The notes beneath the pieces were generated by a model. That model did no database searches. It was not told where the DNA came from and saw only the letters and a program-made list of their open reading frames with translations. From positions 204,228,001 through 204,292,000 of the forward strand of contig OZ024740.1 of the NCBI GenBank assembly GCA_964016885.1: 64,000 bases of DNA. The letters run 5' to 3'. This document shows positions 1-13,641 of the stretch, piece after piece. The position numbers and the translations under genes are program-made. The stretch comes from Eledone cirrhosa (taxonomy: Eukaryota). Each line of letters begins with the position of its first letter. The stretch's first letter is position 1.

Positions 1-3000
1 CTAACAGCTTTGGCTCCCTCGTTATCCAGAGCACGTATTTTACTCCTGACAACGCAGCCCTCGTACTTCGCGTCAAAGAACTGGTCTAGGGCCGTTCTTG
101 ACGCCAGCATGCCGGCCAGGTTGCCACTCCTAATCGCCTCGTCTATTCTATCTATCAATTCCCTTTCAGTTCTATTCCTATCTAATGCTAATTCCTAACT
201 AAAACCTATCGATTCTATTCTAATTGCTCTCTTGAGAGAGCCCCACCACTTGCTGTTGACAATTGCCCCCGTCAACCGCTGCTTAACTAAAGTGCTAATC
301 CGTTTACTGTAAGCTTTGTTTGTCGGTAAGGACAATTTTAACTTCCAGTAACCGGGTCCCTGTCTATGGGTTTTATCAAGGTTGACTACGCAGGTCAGTA
401 ACTTCTGATCCGAATAGTCAACCATGAACATCCGTGGACAGCTTAATATGTCCCTATCCTTATTTTTAACTAGGAACCTATCTAGGTACGACCTAGATGT
501 TCCGCTGTGATTAGTCCACGTCCACAGTGCCACAGTCGGAAAATCTAGTCGATATCTATCGGCCAGATCAAATCGGCCGATTAACCGTTTGAGGCTGTTA
601 CACCCCCCTCTATCGGGACATGCCTCTACATAGTCCCAGCGTGCATCCAGGATACCATTCCAGTCCCCCACTAAAAGCAAAGAGCGAGACGTTCCCAGAA
701 AAGTCTCTAGACGTTGGAAGAAGTCCGGTCGTGGTGTCCCAGATGGGGCATACGCTGCCACCAGGCTGAAGGCTCCACCTTCATTACTGCCGACGTCTAG
801 AACCACCAGTCGACACTCCGGGTCCAGGTGTACCTTCTGTGTTGCGAGACCCAGGTGTTTTCGCAGCAGAACGACAACCCCACCCCTACCCCCGGCTGAC
901 AGAGAGATGCATAGATCTCAAAGTCGTCGAAGATGGGGGCCAGTTGGTGCTCGCTGCTGATCCTGGACTCGCAAATAGCTATTACATCCATTCTGTGCGA
1001 CCTGAGGTCATTTAAGAGTTTGCCCTGCTTCCAGGACATCCCCATGCCGCGCACATTTAAGCATCCAACTCTTATAACAGCCATGTTGGTGGTGAAGAGT
1101 TAAAGTGGAGAAAAAGAAAAGACACCTACCTCTCCGTCTCCTGGGGACCAGGCTGCACAATTTCCATGGGGGTGTTGGGGGGGTTGTTTGGTGGGGGGGT
1201 GTAGTGGGAACATCATTGTGTGTTGGGTGGGGTGTTTGGTTGGGTGGGGGTGTCTGGGGTGGGGGTGGGGAAACATTTCAAAAGGACGCGGTATGAAGGT
1301 CTAGTACAGGGGTTCTCCACGTCCTCAGGAAAGTTTTGTTTGAGCATGGCGTAAGTGTCCCTTGGGACCCTAATCATTTTTAAATGCGGTTTATTCGCCG
1401 CGTTGGTGAACATTTTCCCTTCGGTTTCCACCGAAGGGTCTTTGTCTAGTGTTTGTACAAGTGTTTTGTTGTTTGTGTTGATGTATGTATAATGTTTTTG
1501 TTGTGTTGTGTTTGTTTTTGTTTGTTGTTCTTGTGTGTTTGCGTTTTGTAGTATGTGTTATGTTTTCGGGAGGGGTGGTTTTTGTTTGTGATGTTTGTGC
1601 TGGTGGTTGTGTGTTTGTTGCATTTTTGTTAATGTGGTGCCTTCTTTTCTTTCTTTTTACTGGTTGAAAGGGCTCTCCCTCGTTGTCACTGGGTGACGTT
1701 GATAAGGGGTCCTCGTCCGTGTTGTTGGGGAGGAATATATTTTGGGGTTTTGTTGTGGTTGCGGGTGCTTTTGTATTTGTTTTAGGTGGGTTGGGGTTGG
1801 ATGCGACAGTGTCTTCTGTTGTTATTTTTTAGTGTTGTTGTGGTTGTTGTGGTTGTTGTGGTGGTGGTGGTGGTTGTGTTGTTGTGTTCGGGGTTGGCAG
1901 AAGAGCCTTTTTTTTACTTGTTAATTGAGGACAGGCAGCCCTCAGGTGACCCCTGCTTAAGCAGTGGTAACATGACGGCCGCCTACCCTCAACTGAAATG
2001 TTTATATAGGTTAGCCCGTCCAGAGGCACGCGTCGTGGGATTTTAGCTATTCGTTCTGGGCTCATTTGAACCAGAACTTCTACGCTAGTCCCACTAAATA
2101 CACCTCTGGAGGACTTTCCTATTGAGATTATTCTGTCTTCATCAAAATCAATGAATCCACATAGCATCCACCAAATATTTACATTTGATGTGATACTCAT
2201 AATTTTTTTTTTTGTCCTTTTTCCCCTGTATGTGGGGAAAAAGGTGAAACGGGGGGACACAATGAGTGATACAGCGTATTTTTGTGCCGTTGGCTGGTTA
2301 TTCATTAGCACCGAAATGCTACCAAACAGTTTTCCTCTTTGGATGAAGGTTATGTCCTTCATTGCATCTTTTAGAACCAGCTTAATTTCATTTTCTGATA
2401 ATTGAGCTGGTTTTCTAGTTGGGTTTTATATTGTCCTGAAAACCAGTTTTCAGGACAGTCTCTCTACGTAATACCTGGGGAGAATTGATGCTAAAGGCAC
2501 CGTTTTGTACAAAAGTTACATATTGTTTTGCGTTAGTGATGTCAGTTGGAGTGTATAGTTCTGTTTTTTTTACAGTTTGTGCGAACGACGTTTTGTTGTT
2601 GTCTTTCTTGTTGCTGTTGTTTTTGTCACTGTTGTTGATGTTGTTCATATTTTCCTTGGTGTCGGTGCTGTTATTGTTGCAGTTGTTGGTTGTGGTGTTA
2701 TTGTCATTGTTCTTGTTGTTGGTGCTGGTATTATTTACCGGGTTTGGTTCCGTGGTTGCAATATTTGCAACGTTTTTCGTTAAGGCGAGGGGGGAAGGCT
2801 GCAAGCTTTGTACTCCTACCTTCCCTCCACCACTTTTCTTAGTGGGCGTGGCACTCACTACAATGTGAGAGGTTGAAATGGCATCCATTACTAACTAACA
2901 AGTCTACACAAATTTTTCAGTTGAAAATTTCGCCCCAAAAAGGGGCGAAAATTATTTAACCCAACGTCTGAAGGCCCAATAATAACAAATTCAACAATAA

Positions 3001-3062
3001 ACTCACAGTTTTTTTTACAATAATCCGTAAACAATCCGGATCGAAGTAATACACGTCTACCA
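1..3062 (-). mobile_element. Tx1/L1-clade non-LTR retrotransposon, 5' part (frameshifted ORF1 gag-like plus start of ORF2 AP endonuclease); continues beyond window start
   Basis: ORF1 fragments 2415..2888 and 1829..2362 with zinc knuckle CYHCLSRGHLRAAC. ORF2 fragments 797..1084 (CLNVRG, ICES) and 195..806 (YAP, GDWN, SYLDRF, SDQ, GPGYWKL). 5' end approximate. Confidence 0.88.
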
Positions 3063-3133
3063 ATCACAAAGATAGATAGATATAAAATCCTGATCGCGGC
3101 GCCAAGCGGTTTCGGCTTGTGTGTCAATATATA

Positions 3134-3368
<235 letters not shown>

Positions 3369-3461
3369 GATTGATTGAATTGATTGTGCAAAATATTTTG
3401 ACTAAAAATTATTCGAAATTCTATTTTTATGTGTAACTCTACAAACCGGCTTCATAATATT

Positions 3462-3504
3462 ACATGATACTGATGAGGTCTAATATACTGAAATGTGTCT
3501 ATGT
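3462..3504 (+). ncRNA. Minimal type I hammerhead ribozyme motif, degenerate
   Basis: acatgata-CTGATGA-ggt(ctaatat)act-GAAA-tgtg-TC-tatgt; stems short and imperfect. Confidence 0.45.
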
Positions 3505-4094
3505 TTTTCTCTTGTGTGCAAAGGTCAGATTTTTCTCTAAGAACGTAAATTACCGTTGAGAGATCAATTTTTAACATTATCTGTCATTATTATCTGCCAT
3601 TAACATTATCTGTCATGATTATCTGCCATTTCGTTGTTGCCACTAGTTACTGCCAGAGTTTTTATTTCTTTTACCATCTAAGAGAAAATGTTTAATGAAT
3701 TAAGAATTTTTGGTTATGGTAGTTAATGTTGGACCTCGGTCGGTTCCGACGTCGAGCGTTCCAGTTATTTTATCAACTAGGATTGTTTTCAACACGCTGA
3801 CGCGTATGTCGATATGTGTGTGCGTGTGTGTATGTGCATATGCATACATTTATATGTACGAGTATATAAATATAAACGTGCAATCACAGATATACTTACA
3901 AAAATACGCACTCAGACATACATTCACAGAAACACACACATACATTCACACACACACACACACACAGCATAACAAATGGAACGCCAGCTATTTTGCTATA
4001 GTTTTTCACCGCCCCCCCCCCTCCTTCATTTTACACACACACATACATTCACACAGGCAGCAAGCGTAAAAAGAGAGGAGTAATATGAGGTAGT

Positions 4095-4405
4095 CAAACT
4101 ACGCCTCTCTCATTACGTGTTGTGTCAGAATCGCAGAAATTTATATATAGATGGAACAACCCACTGATATAATTAACGTGGAAATAGCAAAGCATTTCAC
4201 AGATACGTGTACGGGTAACGTAACTCTCGGTGTGTGTCAAAGCTAGTCCATTAAAATATAGGTACAACTCATTTTCTCCAACTGAGTGAACTAGAGCTAC
4301 GAGAGTAAAGTGATTTGTCAAAGAACATAATTCGCTACCAGGAATCGAACTCGTGACCTTACGATCGTCAACTGAACACTCTAACCACTAAGCTAAGGGC
4401 TTTCG
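4095..4405 (-). mobile_element. tRNA-derived SINE (second family; related copies near 10590-11100, 14350-14630, 42016-42320, 42330-42560, 58135-58400, 63270-63570)
   Basis: tRNA-like head (tagcttagtggttag...gagttcgattcc) and shared body; boundaries approximate. Confidence 0.7.
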
Positions 4406-4935
4406 CGTATTGGTATTTCGTCCATTACCCCTTCAAGTTATGTATCCAAATTCATATTATTGGCTTTTTTTATTCGACAAGGGCCACAATAAAATTGGTA
4501 GGAAAAGGGATATGAATGGATCTCCGTCGGATTCCACGATGAACATTACAGTTGTTCTGTTAATGGAACGGGACGGCATGCTCTTAAAATTAACATTCCA
4601 CAGACACGTATACCCTTAATGAAAATGTCTTAGGAAGATTCAACGTGACAAACTTTAAATTACAAGTAAAGCTGACTCTAAATTACAAGTACAATCCATC
4701 CGACGGGCTTTCAAGTGGTTGCCCTCTACCCAAATTCACCGATATGTATGGGTTGACTCGAGACTATGATAAATGACACTTGCCCAAGATTCTCCGCAGT
4801 GGGATTGAACCCGAGTCTTAATGATTACCAAGCGAACTTCTTAACCGTTGCTACATACACTCGATCAACAACCTATCTACACTAAACACATATTTATGTA
4901 AATCGAACTTTAAAAGTATCCCATTTCTTTTTCAG

Positions 4936-5105
4936 GTCTGGTGTTTCTATAATTAATAAAAACACCGTAGATGGTGCCGGAAATATTTTATTGGATGATG
5001 TAACTTGTACTGGGTCGGAGTCATCTATTGACAACTGTTCCCATAATGCCTGGGGTGTTAATAATTGTGGTCACTCGGAAGATACTGGCGTACATTGTGT
5101 AGGGC
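4936..5105 (+). CDS. SRCR exon, second half of domain 0
   Basis: ttcag|G...C|gtaag; SGVSIINKNTVDGAGNILLDDVTCTGSESSIDNCSHNAWGVNNCGHSEDTGVHCVG. Confidence 0.93.
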
Positions 5106-5190
5106 GTAAGTAGACATTAACTTATATATTCTGCCTCCAACTTAATAGAAAGTCAATTTCTGACATTTTTTCTTCATTTTACTCCTGCAG

Positions 5191-5323
5191 AATTATATCG
5201 TATTTCTGGAAAATTCACCAGAGGAATAGCAGAAGTGTATCATAATGGTAACTGGGGAAGAATAGCAGATCCTAATTGGAGTGATAATGATGCGAAAGTC
5301 TTCTGTAAATCTCTTGGATACAC
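5191..5323 (+). CDS. SRCR exon, first half of domain 1
   Basis: ctgcag|AA...AC|gtaag; LYRISGKFTRGIAEVYHNGNWGRIADPNWSDNDAKVFCKSLGY. Confidence 0.92.
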
Positions 5324-5920
5324 GTAAGGAATATCTCTAGCAATATTCTGGGGTCATGTATTAAGATTTCTGGGTTAGTACATCACAACTGTTAATACAT
5401 CACAACTGTTACTACATCACAACTGTTAATACATCACAACTGTTAATACATCGCAACTGTTAATACATCACAACTGTTAATACATCACAACTGTTAATAC
5501 ATCACAACCCAGTTGATACATCGCAACTGTTAATATATTACAACTGTTACTACATCACAACTGTTATTACATCACAACTGTTAATACATCACAACTGTTA
5601 ATACATCAGAACTGTTACTACATCGCAACTGTTAATACATCACGACTATTATTACATCACAACTGCTAATACATCACGTAAGGAATATCTCTAGCAATAT
5701 TCTGGGATCATGTATTAAGATTTCTGGGTTAGTACATCACAACTGTTAATACATCACAACTGTTACTACATCGCAACTGTTAATACATCGCAACTATTAA
5801 TACATCACAACTGTTAATACATCACAACTGTTACTACATCACAACTGTTAATACATCACAACTGTTAATACATCATAACCCAGTTAATACATCGCAACTG
5901 TTAATATATCACAACTCAGT
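5321..5920 (+). repeat. 17-bp minisatellite (acatcacaactgttaat) inside a 354-bp tandem duplication that includes the exon donor site
   Basis: cacgtaaggaatatctctagcaatattctggg occurs at 5321 and 5675, each followed by 17-bp repeats. Confidence 0.92.
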
Positions 5921-6099
5921 TAAGAAGACCCCGATCAAAAAAACTTTTTTTTTTAAGGAAAACTACGATACATGAATAATAAACTTATGATTGCTTCATA
6001 CTCCTGGCAGACAAATAGCAAGTACACTATGTCGTAGTGTGGTGGGGGACATGTGCTTAAAGAGGCAATCCAATTCCAGGGGATCATTCTTGCTGATCG

Positions 6100-6440
6100 T
6101 TATCTCCATCTTGATCGAAGTAACTTGAGATGTAGTTCAGGGACCCAGGACAACAGATGTTTCCACATCTATGGACTCGATGAAAAACTTATCGGAGAGG
6201 TAGCATTGCTTTGTCAGATTATCTGTGTCTGGTGACGAAGCCTGGGACTGATTTCATTTGCTTGCTGATCGAGAAAGTATCACTGCGTGTCGCACTCTAG
6301 ATATGGGTCTTACCACCTTAGAACAGGGAGATTGTCATGGCATACCCTCAGGATAACCCCACTGGTTCCAGCTGCGGTAGAAAGCCAGATATGCCCGGGC
6401 CGCGTATAACAATTTCATTAGGAGTAGCATATCGTGTGAA
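6100..6440 (-). mobile_element. Degraded CRE-like RLE retrotransposon fragment
   Basis: SGFLPQLEPVGL matches AGFPSQLEPVGL of the element at 16900-17810. Confidence 0.5.
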
Positions 6441-7562
6441 GCTTCCAATACTGAGGCGGCTTGACAGAAGGTGGAGTCCAATATTGTTTAAAGACCCGCA
6501 ACGGGTATTATAATCTGTTATCCATAATTTTTCCATTAAATAAATCTGCGACAATATCTCTTGGAGGAGTCTTCGCTTCCAAGCTATATCAAACTTCTAT
6601 CCATAGTAACTTGTGCCAAATATACAGTCTAAATAACTATAAATGATATCCGTTATTAAATTTTTTTAAATCTCATAAAAGGCTGTTAGAGCAGAAATCA
6701 TAGGTAAACAACTTTATGACTATCTAATGAAGAATAGGAAGTGCCGTAAAGCGGAACATAAATACTTGGTGTGATGAGCTCCTGCGACTTACTTTCAATT
6801 ATCTGTGGTATCTAACTGACTTTATATACATCGCTGCTTCAGTTTGGATATACATAAAATTAACAGCTTCCATTTATCTCTTTATCTAATATGATGTGTT
6901 TAAGTAGCCGCTAGCTCATATTTCTAATTATGAATAGTGAAAACTTTGCCGTCAAAATACTTAGCTCAACGATCATTGATCATCTCTCAAGAGATAAATT
7001 CTCATCATCGCTTGGGCCTCATCGCTTTAGGTGTGACCCAAAACGAAATATTTCCCTACCTCTGGGGTGGTGCTGCTGTTCTCCTCACAGGCATTTTTGA
7101 CTGCATCAGAGAAAATTGATTTCAAGTTACTCGCTGATACACTCTGTTCTCTGCCCTACGAAAGTGCCGTCGTTTCTCCCCCTCTCTTTCACCGTTACTA
7201 CAATGATCTCTAATCTTCTGACCTTGCTAGTCTCATGAACCCCTACTCCCTCGTGCCAGCTCCTCCTAACCACTACGCCCAGTGCTACTCGTCTAGAACT
7301 TTGACATTTTGGAACTCCCTCTTAGCTCATGTCTTTCCGAAAGGAGTGGACCTGTAACAGTTTAAACAGAATATCAACGGCATCAATCTCTTCGAAGTGA
7401 CGATGACCTGTGGAGGTCATGAGCACCAGCCCCTTTCTCCAAATCTACTGAGTAGAAAAAAAAAATATGACGAAGAAAAAACAATTAATTACGTTTGAAA
7501 ATTAAAAAAAATTATTAATGATAAATATATAGCAGTAAAGTCTTATTTCTAATTCATTATAG

Positions 7563-7723
7563 GACGGGAAAGCCGCTGAAAAATCTATCTGCTGGCCACG
7601 GATCAATTGCGATTGTCAATGTAAAATGTCATGGTCACGAGAATAATATTATCGAATGTGTTCACAGCAGAGGGAGTAGTAGTAGTAGTCACAAACATAT
7701 TGTAGGTGTTCATTGTGAACAAG
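7563..7723 (+). CDS. SRCR exon, second half of domain 1
   Basis: tatag|G...G|gtgat; TGKPLKNLSAGHGSIAIVNVKCHGHENNIIECVHSRGSSSSSHKHIVGVHCEQ; phases match neighbours. Confidence 0.88.
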
Positions 7724-7749
7724 GTGATAAAAATTTCCTTCATAATAAT

Positions 7750-7965
7750 AGTTTCTGACATAGGCACAAGGCCAGCAATTTTGAGGGAGGGCCACGTCGA
7801 TTCAATCAACACCAGTACTTCACTGGTACTTTATTTTATTGATCTCGAAAGGGTGAAAGGTAAAGCTGACCTCAGCGGGATTTGAACTCAGAAGGTAAAG
7901 AGTCGTAAGCAAATACTAGGAAGCATTTTGTCCGATGCTCTAACGATTCCGCCAATCCATCACCT
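7750..7965 (-). mobile_element. tRNA-derived SINE, major family (other copies near 9990-10180, 19390-19510, 20640-20760, 33266-33480, 60550-60760)
   Basis: Shared ctgagttcaaatcccgccgagg...gcctttcatcc...ggtcgataaaataaagtaccag...ggccttgtgcc core with (TTA)n tail. Confidence 0.85.
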
Positions 7966-8153
7966 TCCTTTCCTTCATAATAACACACTCAAGTTGTAAG
8001 CTATATAATCACCCATAAATGATGTGGATGCAAAATATAAAAACGTTTATCTAAACATATGCAGAGTTCAAATCCCGCCGTCACCAACTTTGCTTTTGAT
8101 ACTTTTGGGGTCGAAAATTAAAGTAACAGTCAAGTACAGAGGTCAATTCTTCG

Positions 8154-8246
<93 letters not shown>

Positions 8247-8269
8247 CTTCTATATATATTCTTAGTTCT

Positions 8270-8566
8270 TAGGTTCTTCCGCGCCCTTCAACACATCGAG
8301 CAGTAAGTACTCGCCAACGATCACGATCAGCGGCGGATTTTTCGCGTCCGTGCCAAGTGATGTTGGCTACCATCAGGTCTTTTTGGAACGTTCGTCGCCA
8401 GGTGATCCTGGGATAACCCGCTTCCGTTTGCCCCCAGGTAGAGTCCTGTTCATCGGTGTTTTCGAGTGTCATTTGTTGGGCAAGCGCAGAATATCCTCTG
8501 CAACGTCCACGACTCGGCTCTCCATAGGATTTCCTCCTTTCGCACTCGGTCGTGCCAAGACACACA

Positions 8567-8568
<2 letters not shown>
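8270..8568 (-). mobile_element. RTE-clade LINE 3' fragment
   Basis: ILRLPN and G.PRITWRRTF...DRDRWRVL, typical of an RTE C-terminus; frameshifted. Confidence 0.7.
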
Positions 8569-8623
<55 letters not shown>

Positions 8624-8631
<8 letters not shown>

Positions 8632-9233
8632 TTGGAGCTCTGAAATAGCAATATATATATATGGATGTATATATAATGTATTTTGCAATACACTTTATGC
8701 TTAATTAAAAGCATTTTGAAGACCGTAAGCTATTGTTTTAAAGTAGTGACAAATTCACTCACTTTAATCTCAGCAAACAGGGGAGATAAGCCGACAAGAC
8801 TTGTTTCGCTTTGGTTGAAGCTTATCAAGGCCAACTACCCCACCCGTCTACTGAGATCATTGATGTTATATTCTTATAGAAATCTAGTAAATAATCAGGA
8901 GCTGATTATGCAGAGCGGTTGTTGGTCAGGCAGAAATTAAAAATTAGAATTGGAGCTCTGAAATAGCAATGACCAACAACCGCTCTGCATAATCAGCTCC
9001 TGATTATTTACTAGATTTCTATAAGAATATAACATCAATGATCTCAGTAGACGGGTGGGGTAGTTGGCCTTGATAAGCTTCAACCAAAGCGAAACAAGTC
9101 TTGTCGGCTTATCTCCCCTGTTTGCTGAGATCAAAGTGAGTGAATTTGTCACTACTTTAAAACAATAGCTTACGGTCTTCAAAATGCTTTTAATTAAGCA
9201 TAAAGTGTATTGCAAAATACATTATATATACAT

Positions 9234-9245
<12 letters not shown>
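8624..9245. mobile_element. Fold-back non-autonomous element in (TA)n: ~270-bp inverted arms with a degenerate hammerhead-like motif
   Basis: Arms ~8655-8928 and 8970-9245 (one mismatch seen). The spacer repeats the terminal attagaattggagctctgaaatagcaat. Motif ggcc-ttgataa-gctt(caacca)aagc-GAAA-caagtcttg-TC-ggct at 9065-9110. Related fragment at 34940-35025. Confidence 0.75.
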
Positions 9246-9271
<26 letters not shown>

Positions 9272-9275
<4 letters not shown>

Positions 9276-9430
9276 TAGTATAAGTTTGGTAGACATATAC
9301 AAGAATAAGAGCACTCAGTCCATAGGACGAATTAAGTATAATTAGTTACAACAGTAACATATACAGGTATTTAAGTTTCGTTTGGTTATACACCCCAACT
9401 CATTCAGTCTCTTATATAAAATAAAAATGG
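9272..9430 (-). mobile_element. PLE-type 3' terminus with degenerate hammerhead (9359-9418)
   Basis: Minus strand ctgaatga-gttgg...ccaaac-GAAA-cttaaa-TA. Tail aattcgtcctatggactgagtgctct matches aactcgtcccatggactgagtgctct near 50696. Abuts (TA)n. Confidence 0.6.
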
Positions 9431-10412
9431 TTACCTCCACTGGTTCATTTGAGGTTTTTATAAAAATACACGAGAGTTCTTCAAGGGCAGGTAATTTCGA
9501 ATTTACCTATTAATTAAAAAAATATTTTAGATAATATAAAGGCAAGTAACTATCGAAAAAACTTCAAAGGAGGAGTGGGGCTTGTGCAAAATTAGCAATT
9601 CAAAAAAATTAAATTCCTTGAAATTAAAATCAGTTAATCTGATATATACCATTTTCTCAGAATGAATTTCGCTTCGTGTGGACAGCGACTAAAACTGTCG
9701 AGGTAGGTATTTAAACAGTTTCTCTGAAGCCAGTTGCCAGAGTATATTCCACTTTTCCATGTTACATAGCCTGCCAATCGCTGTCCACATGAAGTGAAAT
9801 TCATTTTTTGTTTGTGTAGCATGTATATTATTAGCCAATGTTTTGTTACATATATGACTATACTGTGCAATGCTTTTTCTAGTTTTAAACAGTAGACAGT
9901 GATTTGAGGGAAAGTTGACTGCTATTTCTAGCACCTCAAATGATCCCATTATGGACGTTCCTACTTGGTTATTGTTATTTAGCCCCAGTGGACTGGCAGC
10001 AATGTTAGGGTGTCGGACGAAATCTTTTGTGGTATTTCTACCGGACTTTGTCCTTCATCCTTCCGGGTTGATAAAATAAAATACCTGTCAAGTACTGGAG
10101 TTAACTTTTATCGACTTGCAACCCACCCACACACCAAAAGAAAATATCTCGCCTTATGTCTATATTAGAAATTTGTTATTTAACCCTAGATCTGCTCTGA
10201 TTGAAAGGCGTTCCTGCGTGACCTTCCCGTCTTTGTGTGTATCAGGAACTATATTGTCCGATATATCCTTTATTTCAGTCTGTAATGCATGATTTAAGTG
10301 AGCTTTGGCTGCTATTTCCAGCATATCGGCAAACTTTATAGAAGCGTCCTTATAGAACGTGAGGCCAACCGATATCTATTGACGTCATTTTAATTGTTTG
10401 CAAAAAACAACT

Positions 10413-10493
<81 letters not shown>

Positions 10494-10656
10494 ATTTTTT
10501 ATTTAATTCCTTCAGAAATGTGGTTGGTGTAAGGTATGAGTAATACTTCACCTATGGTGTAATGGGGATAAAAGGAAGAGTTTAGAAGAATCGCTTATTG
10601 GTGATAACGATGAGAGTTCCAATTGTTCGAGCAACGGAACAGCTTGCTCATGAAGT

Positions 10657-10770
10657 TTACGTGTACATGGCTGAACATTCCACAATGACGTATGTTACGT
10701 GTACGTGGCTGAACATTCCACAATGACGTATGTTACGTGTACGTGGCTGAACATTCCACAATGACGTATG
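10657..10770 (+). repeat. 38-bp tandem repeat x3 inside a SINE
   Basis: ttacgtgtacRtggctgaacattccacaatgacgtatg repeated three times. Confidence 0.9.
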
Positions 10771-11393
10771 CCCTTAACGTAATTTCTGTGGAGTTTCAGT
10801 GTGACTGTGTATAACAAGACTGAGCCATTGAATTACAACGTAAGGGATTGAGTATTCCACAGACAGGTGTACCCTTAACGTAATTCTCGAGAAATTCTGC
10901 GTGACTTAGTGCATTACAAAGCTTGCTCTTTGGATTATAGATACTGTCCTTCTGGTAGGCTTCCAAATAGTTTCTGCCCACCCAATTTTTCTCACAAGGC
11001 TTGCGTCGATCCGAGACTATGGTAAATGACAGTGAAATCGAACACATAATCTAATGATTGCGAAATGAACTATTTAACCAGTCGGCCATACTACGTCCAC
11101 AAGGAAAGGTTTAAGTTACATATATAGATATTCTTACATTAGCATCAAAAGGTTAAATCAGGAATTACAATTGTTATTTTTTTTTTAAACCTCCCTCGTC
11201 AGGGTGTTGGCCCCATGGTTGAATGACCATGAACTTACTTCTCTGAGGCACAAGTCTGAGCAAGCTCGTCCGGAATTGAACTCATGCCTTTATGATCGTG
11301 AGCCTAGCATTCTTAACCATGGAGCATTCACTGTATAGGGTGCTTGCTATAATTAATGCACTCATGTAAAATCTATATAATCAACTATTTTAG

Positions 11394-11526
11394 CACGTGT
11401 TCGAGTGATTGAAAAGTATATTTTTGGACGAGGAGAAGTATTTCATAAAAATGTTTGGGGAACCATTTGTGATGACGGATTGAAAACTAGTGCGGCGGTG
11501 GTTTTCTGCAGAAGCTTGGGATACAG
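11394..11526 (+). CDS. SRCR exon, first half of domain 2
   Basis: tttag|CA...AG|gtaag; RVRVIEKYIFGRGEVFHKNVWGTICDDGLKTSAAVVFCRSLGY. Confidence 0.93.
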
Positions 11527-11926
11527 GTAAGACTTTTCTTGTTTTGTTGTGTGTTTTTTTTAAACTATTATTGTTCACTAACCCCAAGTCAGTTCGAATC
11601 GAGTCCTATCACCACAATAGTTCTAACCTTTAGCTAAATGTTGTTGTTTGTGAATTCTTTTATTCTTTTATTTTTTAACTGGTTTCAATCATAAGACTGC
11701 GGCCATGATAGGGAACCATCTTGATTAAGTCGATCACACCGACCCCAGTACTCATTTTTTCCAACTCTGGTACTTATTTTATCGATCTCTTTTTTGTCGA
11801 ACATCTATATTACGGGACATAAACACAGACACTGATACAAACTTAAACACAGAAACGGACGGACACATATGCATACACACACATGCCCACATATGCATAC
11901 ACACACATGCGTGCACGCACACACAC

Positions 11927-12005
<79 letters not shown>

Positions 12006-12733
12006 TGTGTGTGTGTGAAAATGATAAAGATTTGAAAAAGCACCTAATGTGTGTTTATATGTCACGTGTACTTTACACGTGACATATAAACACACATTAG
12101 GTGCTTTTTCACATCGAAAAACAATTTTTTTACATAAAAAAGAATAATTTTTGTACTATTGTACTTGACCAGTTTCGCTTAAAACAGCTTTTCAAAAGCT
12201 TTTCCATTTGTAATGTTATTGTCGCTTATGTTTTTGTTAAAACAAGGGACGCAACTGGTTGTATCTTTCACCCTTATGTCGAGGAAAACAAACACAGTTC
12301 TTGACAGGGGACGTAATTCTGGTCTAATTGGCTATTAAAGGTTATGTATGCAATTCGTTCAGCTTTGGCTTAAAATTTTCTATAAAAATTTGTTCTTTCC
12401 CATTGCGTTTTCCTCTGAGGTTGACTGACAACATTGGTAGAATAGGAAGTCATTGAAATTTGGTAATGCTCGCCCTCCATATTCCTCTATATATTGGCTC
12501 TACATAAGTGGGGTCTTCCTTGTGTATGGATTTCTAATTTGTTATCGGTGAACTGTCATTCTTTCACGTAGTGTTAAGTCTGTTTGGCCAATGTAGTGTT
12601 CATGGTAACACGTAACATTTATATATAATAAATAAAAACACATTAGGTGCTTTTTTCAAATCTGTATCATTTTTATGTATATTTTTTGACATGATTTGTA
12701 TAGAAATCATTAATCGTCCAACATTTTGATTTT

Positions 12734-13210
<477 letters not shown>

Positions 13211-13471
13211 GACGGGCCTCTGCAATTTCCGACTTCCAAATTCCACTCAAAAGGCATTCGTCAAACTAAAGTTGAAGTAATACCACGCAACACGACTGAA
13301 CCCAAAGCGAACTCTTTAGTCATATAGCTATTCCTGTGCTGCTATTTTTTCTACGAGCCTCTACGCCACCGTTCAACCAACTAGAAATATCATTCATATC
13401 TCCCTCAAAATCCACCCTACCCTTCATTAAGATATTTGTTTGGTAAAGTACAAATTTCATGTATCCTTTAG

Positions 13472-13641
13472 TTCAGGGGATTTGGTTTTAAACACGTTAA
13501 CTGAAGATGGAACCGGAAAAATTTGGCTGGATGATGTTAACTGTAATGGTGGTGAAAAGACGATAAGTGATTGTAGTCATAGCACATTTGGTACACATAA
13601 CTGTCATCATTCTGAAGATATCGGAATGAATTGCTCAATAG
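13472..13641 (+). CDS. SRCR exon, second half of domain 2
   Basis: tttag|T...G|gtacg; SGDLVLNTLTEDGTGKIWLDDVNCNGGEKTISDCSHSTFGTHNCHHSEDIGMNCSI (within ORF 13440..13652). Confidence 0.93.

Noticed and set aside
2485-2868. Hydrophobic membrane-protein-like ORFs on + (also 1485-2046)
   Set aside because: Antisense of the Asn/Gln/Thr-rich Tx1 ORF1.
8683-9215. Two near-identical 85/92-aa ORFs on opposite strands as a duplicated gene
   Set aside because: A by-product of the DNA palindrome; non-ATG start and no recognisable domain.
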